Assembly (NCBI GenBank): GCA_951406725.2
Contig: OX597840.1
Coordinates: forward strand, 15,748,001-15,812,000
Source: Octopus vulgaris
Taxonomy: Eukaryota
Length of the DNA: 64,000 nt
Reading direction: 5' to 3'
Both the position numbers and the translations under genes were made by a program. The first letter of the stretch is position 1, and each line of letters starts with the position of its first letter. The notes under the pieces are model-generated. The model was not told the origin of the DNA and made no database searches. It saw nothing but the letters and a program-made list of their open reading frames with translations. This document shows positions 58,800 through 64,000 of this stretch, one piece after another.

Positions 58800-59977
58800 T
58801 TCTGAATAAGATCGTCGCTTTCCGTAAAAAGTTTTTATGTTTTTACTTATGTGGCGGGGGTGGGGAGAAGGGGAGAGGGGACTTATCTTTTGAAGTCGGC
58901 GCAAAAGGGAAAGAGAGAGAGAGAGCAATTAGAAGAGGGGAGCATTTTTTGAAGTCGGAATTGATGTGTGTGTATGTTTGATGGGGTGTGCGAGACAGAA
59001 AGTGTGGTGTGTATGTGAAGTTGTTTTGTTAGTGTGTGTGAAGAGACAGAGAGAGCAATGGTTTTGGTGTGTGCGTGTGATTGAGGGAGAGGGATAACTG
59101 AAAATTTTTTTTATTTACTTTTTGTAGTGAGTGATTGACAGAGAAAAAGAGAGAGAGAGAGAGAGGTTGTTATGTATGTATGAATGGCTTCAGTGACACG
59201 CACAAACACATACGTACGTACACCTATTGCATACGTTTTTTACATACATGTTCATGTGCGTGTGAGGGAGAAAGAGAAGGTATGTGTTTTTGTTTTTGCT
59301 TCTATGTATGTTTATGTAATGGTCTGCTATATATAACAAGCAAAAACAAAAAAACCTATCTTCTCTCTCTCCCTCACACGCACATGAACATGTATGCAAT
59401 AGGTGTTCGTATGTGTTTGTGTGTGTCACTGAAGCCATTCACACATACATAACAATCTCTCTCTTTTTCTCTGTCATTCACTCACTACAAAAAGTAAATA
59501 AAAAATGTTTCAGTTATCTTTCTCTCTCTCACTCAATCACACACACCAGCACCATTGCTCTCTCTCTCTGTCTCTTCACACACGCCAACAAAGCAACTTC
59601 TCATACACACCACACTTTCTCTCTCGCACACCCCATCAAACGACGGAATAAAAATTGACAAACATATGTCTGTGTATACTCTACAGCTTGTGTGTGCGTA
59701 TATATTACATATACATACGCACACACTACGTGAGTGTATATGGGTGATGGATGAATAAAGTGAAAAGCCGAATGGCATCAGAAGAAGAAACATACAGAGG
59801 TTTCTCTGGTGCAACTGATTCGGCGAGGGGTCGTAAATCAAACTTCCAGCCGTAGAAATCACAAAGGTCCAGTTCCAATCAATTCCTCCGCTTCACGCCG
59901 ACGTCTAAAGCTCCCACCACACACACTCATAAGTAAAAAAAAAATTTTTTTACGGAAAGCGACAATCTTGTTCAGAA
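58800..59977. repeat. About 1.2-kb imperfect palindrome (foldback)
   Basis: Inner arms 58976-59300 / 59338-59641 and outer arms 58800-58965 / 59880-59977 are reverse complements. Confidence 0.9.
59639..59879 (-). pseudogene. Inverted duplicate of the exon 1 3' half, donor and intron start of the 60497 gene
   Basis: Reverse complement aligns with 60587-60847, with a short deletion in the exon part and indels in the intron part; GTATGT donor retained at 59795-59790. Confidence 0.9.
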
Positions 59978-60339
59978 TATGTGCGAAAAGGAGTTTGTTT
60001 GAGAATTGGCTGTTTAGAAATGTCGATTTTTGCCAATTTTTTTGCAGATTCGTATTTCCCGTAGCTGAAAGGGGTGGGGTGGGGTGCGTCGAAAAAAAAA
60101 TTTTAAGGGTGGTTTTGTGGGGGCCGGGGGAACGGGCGGAAGTCTTGCCAAAAGTTATTTGGAAATCATAAAGAGAAACGAATGACAGAATCGAACCGTC
60201 TGCATTTTAAAACCTTAGATTAAAAAAAAAATCTCCGACTAAATCCGGTGCTCCAGCATGACCGCAGCCAAATGACAACCAAATAAAAGAATAAACCTTT
60301 CCCCCCATGTCGCCCACCTATCACCCCCACTTCCAGAGT

Positions 60340-60496
60340 TTCACTTTTAGTTGAGCAGTCAACGCATGCGCAATGGCGAAAAGGGTTTCAAAACTTTGTG
60401 TTTATGCCGTAGACTGTGATTACATATAAACATATATCTGTGTGTGTGTGTATATGTATGTATGTATTTAAATAAATACAAGTGAAGCCAACGACG
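60340..60496 (+). promoter_or_regulatory. CpG-retaining housekeeping-type promoter/5' UTR with NRF1-like and YY1-like motifs
   Basis: CGCATGCGCA at 60363-60372 overlapping CAATGGCG, about 125 nt upstream of the ATG; CpGs are locally preserved. Confidence 0.6.
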
Positions 60497-60675
60497 ATGG
60501 ACGATAAAAAAGTGCTGCAGAGTTTGTTAGTGTGTGTATATTATGTTGCCGTCCTTAAAATAAACCCTTCGAGAGCTGAAAGTTGTATCGGAACTGGACC
60601 TTGTACTTGTGATTTCTACGGCTGGAAGTTTGATTTACGACCCCTAACCGAATCAGTCGCACCAGATAAACCTCT
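60497..60675 (+). CDS. First coding exon of a secreted or type-I membrane protein, mannose-6-phosphate-receptor (MRH)/ATG27-like
   Basis: acgATGG start; encodes MDDKKVLQSLLVCVYYVAVLKINPSRA-ESCIGTGPCTCDFYGWKFDLRPLTESVAPDKP, i.e. a signal peptide then a C-x5-C-x-C-x7-DLxPL pattern; donor CT|gtatgt at 60676. Family call is from recalled motif similarity. Confidence 0.75.
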
Positions 60676-61113
60676 GTATGTACACCAATAGTCTTATTTC
60701 TTTCTCCAACTTGTTCCTCTCTATTTACTGTTTCTTCCTCTGATGCTATTTGGCTTATCGCTTTATACATCCATCACCCTATATACGCACACACAAGCTG
60801 TTGAGTATACACAGACACATATGTTTATCCATTTCTATTCCGTCGTTCTAAATATGGCTTGAGAAAAGTTTAACAACTTTTATAAATGTTCAAGTTCCGT
60901 TATATGTGTGTTGTCTAAGATTCGTATAATTCGGAAGAAAGCTACACTCGTATTTCTCAATAAAGTGAGTATATTAATCAAAAGTATACAATAGTATATA
61001 TATATATATATATATATTGGTAAAAACGGTAAGATAACAAAAGAAAGAGACCTCAATATTATGTAAATAGAGGAAATTTATCTGTAAAATAATGTGACAA
61101 TTATTCAATAGCC

Positions 61114-61176
61114 AGATAACCGAAGAGATGGTGTTGTGGATTTCCACCTCGGCATCCGAAACTCAGAGTTTTATCT
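61114..61176 (+). ncRNA. Hammerhead motif with U4C core change (CCGAAGA) in a long hairpin
   Basis: Stem I AGAUAA/UUAUCU extending to 61085-61208, paired stem II, GAAA-CUCAGAG-UU. Confidence 0.65.
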
Positions 61177-62032
61177 TGGCTACCGAATAATTGTCACATA
61201 TTATTTTATATATATATATATATGGCATCCTTTCGATAAAATTGAAAGAATGTCATATATGTATATATACACACATACGATTGTTTATTTCATAATAAAA
61301 TAATAATTTAACCTCTCCATGAAAAAAATTAATATGAATAACTTTTCTGATAGTTTTTTTTTTTATTTCAATGATTAGATGTTTACAAATCTTTTATCTA
61401 ATCATTAAGATTCTTTCTTATTCAGTTTTAATAATAGCAGTTGTGTGTATATGTGTTTGTATATGTATATATGTGTGTGTACTTTATTAAAAAGTATTGA
61501 GTAGTCATTCAGTTTAATGTTAATTTTTATATATAACTTAAACACAAACATTAATATATATGGCAATCTTTCGTCTCTAAGATCGCCGTTGCGAAGATAT
61601 AGATGCCTCTTGAAGGGATGTTGACATACAAGTTCCCCGGTTTTATCCTGTGTATCGGTGAAATGCTAAAATGTTGCCTTCTCAGTCGATTGAGATGTCA
61701 TTCCTTTTTATATCAATTTCTAACCCTGATGAAATATTCAACTCAATATATTCAAAATGCATTTTTGATTTAATTATTTGTATTGGATATAGAAAACAAT
61801 TGAAGGTAGTACGAATTTGATAAATTGATGTCTATCTGTCGATTTCTCCAGTTTCTTAAACATTATATGTATATATCATAAGGGCACGTAAGGCGCCTAT
61901 CTGCTAGAAAGAGGGATTAAAACCAATAATAACACGGCAAAATCCGACAGAAAGTCAACAGTAGTCTGGCGAACGGGCCAAAGAATTTTTCTCTCATTCC
62001 TATATAATGCTATATATTTATTGGTATTTGTA

Positions 62033-62372
62033 GTGGCTGTGTGGTAAGTAGTTTGCTTCCCAACCACCTTGGGCAACCAAAGCCTTGTAAGTGGATTTGG
62101 TAGACGGCAATTGAAAGAAGCCCGTCGTATATATATGTATATATATATATGTATATATATATATATGTTTACTTGTGTATCTGTGTTTGTCCCCCCATCA
62201 TCGCTTGACAACCGATGGTGGTGCGTTTACGTCCTCGTAACCTAGCGGTTCGGCAAAAGTGACCGGTAGAATAAGTACTAGGCTTACAAAGAATAAATCC
62301 TGGGTTCGATTTGCTCGACTAAAGGCGATGCTCCAGCATGGCTGCAATCAAATGACTGAAACAAGTAAAAGA
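62033..62372 (+). mobile_element. CORE-type SINE copy (internal deletion, CpGs retained)
   Basis: Homology to the 24521 copy. Confidence 0.88.
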
Positions 62373-62399
62373 TATATATATAGTTGGAATTTTAAAAAC

Positions 62400-63480
62400 A
62401 ACAAAAGACGAAGACAGGTGTATTAGTATAACACTTGGGAATGTGAGAAAGTCTTTTACGTTTCGAATCTACGCTCTTCAACAGAAAGCAACACGAGAAA
62501 ATAAACAGAGAGAATTAAAAAATGCTGTAGTGGCTAGATGGAGATGATCAGACAGGAGAGCTAGGAAGAAGGGGAGATAATAAAGTAGTGGTGATCCTAA
62601 AACGAAGGTGTGCATGGGTATGTATGTGAGATTGTATAAGTGTGTGTGGATTGGGGCTGGTGACCTTGACGTGTGGGTGTATGCATATGTAGGTGTGTGG
62701 ATGATGGTGTGGGTGCTGGGAAGTGGTCAATGCTAGTGTGTGGAGGGTGGTGTGGGATTGGGATGTGGATGGATGGGGTAACAATGAAGAGAGAAAGTGA
62801 GTAGAAGTGAAGAAAGTAGGTGTCAGGGCAAGAGAGGAGAGGTGGATGGGAGTGAAGAGAGGAATTAAGTGTGAAAGGAGAGAGGAGGGGAGTTGAGCCC
62901 ATGTGGCACAAAGGAGCGAAAAGAGAAGATTAATTCCTGTTCACGACGAAGGCAGGAGTCCGGATGGCCCCTGTGCAAAGACAATCTGAACACAGACAGG
63001 TGTTGTAATGAGTGACCAGTAGAGCAGAAATGGCGCGAGACTGGGATGTTGTTGTCGAGTCTGATGTCTCAGAGGTCTTCTGTGAAGTGGTCAGCCAAGC
63101 AGCATCCCATTTGACCAATGTACAGAGAAGGACAGAAAGAGCAGGAGATGCAGTAAGTGACATTGCTAGAAGTGCAGGTGAAGGAGTCAGTGATATGATA
63201 GGGACAATGATGGTTGCCTGTGCAGCTGGTGGTGTTGGAGAGGTAGGGGCAAGTGAGGCAGCTTCAGCGGGAGCAGGGGAACAAGCTAGGCTGGGAGGTG
63301 GGGATAGGGAAGAAACTGTGAACCAGGAGGTCACGTAGGTTGTGGGCTTGTTTGAAAGAGAGGAAGAGTAGGTTAGGGAAGATGTGCGCAGTGGAGGGGT
63401 CAGACTAGAGTCGCCGAAAGGCTCGGACAATGGTGCATTGGAGAGGCGGGTTGGTAGGTGAGGGGAAACAGGAGACAGGT
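62400..63480 (-). mobile_element. Penelope-like element 3' part (Neptune-type Cys-rich linker, GIY-YIG endonuclease, pLTR)
   Basis: Minus-strand translation HNLRDLLVHS...CSRxSCLTC...FTCTSSNVTYCISCSFCPSLYIGQMG...REQELIF...PHGLN, then a low-complexity tail and a hammerhead-like motif near 62450-62490. Confidence 0.9.
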
Positions 63481-64000
63481 AACAGTGTGTGTGCATATGT
63501 ATTTGTATAAGCCTCTATGTATTAAGTTTTGTTTACAAAACCAAACACACACAAAAGGTGTATCGAATAAACTCTGCTAGAATATTTATTTGAAATATTC
63601 ATAAAAATAAACCAAACTATTTTGCGAGTTTTCTTTGCCATTTATCTTTCTGGAAGTCAATCGTTGGATAACGAACCAGTTGAATGTTGGATGGAATCGG
63701 TCATCACCACCCACCCTCAAGATGTATGGCCTTGTCTATAGAAGAATCTTGTTTTGTGCCTATTTTGCAAACGGCGGGATTCTAGTCTAAACACCCTATG
63801 TAACCACATGTAGCTTTTTTAATTTTGGGAATTTTCAGAAAATTTTTGTGAAGTTTTGTTCTACACATAAAAATTCATATGATTATGGGGGGGGAAAAAT
63901 GTAAAAAATTTTTTAAGCTTTCTCCCCCTACCCCCATTTCTACTCTTTTTTTTTTTTTTACTTTTTTAAAAAATCAGAGTTTATAATATGGATAGTCTGA

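Noticed and set aside
58795-59982. TATGT 5-bp TSD around the palindrome
   Set aside because: Short AT-rich match, and weak arm homology may continue beyond it; not sufficient to call a transposon.
62930-63496. 188-aa Ser/Pro-rich ORF
   Set aside because: Alternative frame of the degraded GIY-YIG region.

Overview
Repeat-saturated, AT-rich animal DNA. The SINE families, (TA)n load and retroelement mix point to an octopod cephalopod (Octopus-like); this is inferred from repeat content only. Genes: (1) the last three coding exons of a + strand membrane-protein gene (34932-34960, 35745-35833, 36707-36732), splicing in frame to LFLVTNIKLRLALSFLIVFSNASWVCPPATLLLSLLYSHYIPHFQLH*, with an EXPERA/EBP-like last helix; (2) the promoter and first coding exon (60497-60675) of a signal-peptide protein resembling MRH/M6PR-ATG27-like proteins. 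Most of the rest is mobile DNA: two CR1-like LINEs, RTE-group LINE relics, Penelope-like (GIY-YIG) relics, modular tRNA-derived SINEs, relic mariner, hAT and Merlin transposases, MITEs with visible target-site duplications (TSDs), a candidate solo LTR, and long micro/minisatellites. The most notable signals are about a dozen minimal type-I hammerhead ribozyme motifs (several with intact cores), mostly in short ORF-less inverted-repeat cassettes, and a 1.2-kb palindrome next to the promoter that has captured an inverted copy of exon 1 with its splice donor. Most long ORFs in the supplied track are microsatellite artefacts.
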